From an uncultured Eubacteriales bacterium (GTDB lineage Bacteria; Bacillota; Clostridia; Oscillospirales; Acutalibacteraceae), in NCBI GenBank assembly GCA_964416045.1, contig CAYQCM010000001.1, forward strand, positions 1-43,930: 43,930 nt of DNA, read 5' to 3'. The notes under the pieces are model-generated. The model worked only from the letters and a program-made list of their open reading frames with translations, was not told the origin of the DNA and did no database searches. Position 1 is the first letter of the stretch. Every line of letters begins with the position of its first letter. The position numbers and the translations under genes were made by a program. Below are positions 43,685-43,930 of the stretch, piece after piece.

Positions 43685-43716
43685 AAATGAAAGGTAGATT
43701 ATTCTACCTTTCATTT
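43685..43716. terminator. Bidirectional hairpin terminator between the Myb-like gene and spoIIE
   Basis: Perfect 14-bp stem aaatgaaaggtaga/tctacctttcattt with loop ttat. The spoIIE stop codon lies in the 3' arm. Confidence 0.8.
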
Positions 43717-43930
43717 TGTATTTTTATATAATTTTATAGTAATTGCAGTAATATCATCATCATGAGTTCTTTTTCGTTTTGAAATAGTCTTATTTATTAT
43801 GCTTTTTGTGAATCTATCTATATCCTTTCCGTCATATTCTCTTAATTCTTCCTCTACCCATTTGTCGCCGGTGTCTGTTACACCGTCTGATAACATTAAA
43901 ATCATATCATTATTATCTAGGTCTATGCTA
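43711..43930 (-). CDS. spoIIE: Stage II sporulation protein E (PP2C phosphatase), C-terminal fragment; gene continues beyond the window
   Basis: The frame is open to the window edge (IDLDNNDMILMLSDGVTD...DDDITAITIKLY). This matches the C-terminal PP2C motifs of SpoIIE-type phosphatases. Confidence 0.75.
   Translation of the reverse strand, partial: SIDLDNNDMILMLSDGVTDTGDKWVEEELREYDGKDIDRFTKSIINKTISKRKRTHDDDITAITIKLYKNTK

Noticed and set aside
1-43930. Search for CRISPR arrays, transposases, integrases, phage genes or known defence-system genes
   Set aside because: None found. The only repeats seen are the 14-nt tandem at 424-451 and the in-gene 33-nt coding repeats at 7920-8051. Every large ORF except those flagged has a clear housekeeping identity.

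Overview
Low-GC Firmicutes (Clostridia-type) chromosomal segment, mostly plus-strand core housekeeping genes. In order: the 3' end of a 23S rRNA, then tRNA-Lys(CUU) and tRNA-Glu(CUC), and a separately transcribed tRNA-Ser(CGA). Next come Fe/Mn superoxide dismutase, an Hsp20 gene with a CIRCE-like operator, a decayed secreted-protein pseudogene, a P-type cation ATPase, GTP-dependent PEP carboxykinase, RlmCD-type rRNA methyltransferase and an isochorismatase-family hydrolase. A small minus-strand operon of unknown function follows, then a complete ptsH-ptsI-crr-EIICB PTS operon, ddl, murI, DUF1934-argS, rplU-prp-rpmA, obg and mrnC. After a minus-strand membrane/lipoprotein pair and mazF come miaB, a ylbF-like gene, mutS-mutL-miaA, an HlyD-like protein, sepF-divIVA-ileS-lspA-rluD, ppk1, pfk and the 3' end of spoIIE. 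I see no transposase, integrase, CRISPR array or recognisable defence system, and TGA is a stop codon (code 11). Five things stand out. (1) A eukaryote-type R2R3 Myb protein with a bacterial Sec signal peptide and an acidic tail sits between pfk and spoIIE, a candidate secreted host-nucleus effector. (2) Three dispersed paralogous genes encode Nif11-like double-glycine leader domains fused to very different C-terminal cores. Each is solitary, lies next to core genes, and has no modification enzyme or peptidase-transporter in the window. (3) A well conserved EndoA/MazF toxin gene has no room for an adjacent antitoxin. (4) The lspA gene lacks the conserved GNxxDR block. (5) There is a frameshifted, apparently leaderless hypothetical operon. 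All functional calls rest on my reading of the translated ORFs and DNA motifs; no database search was run.
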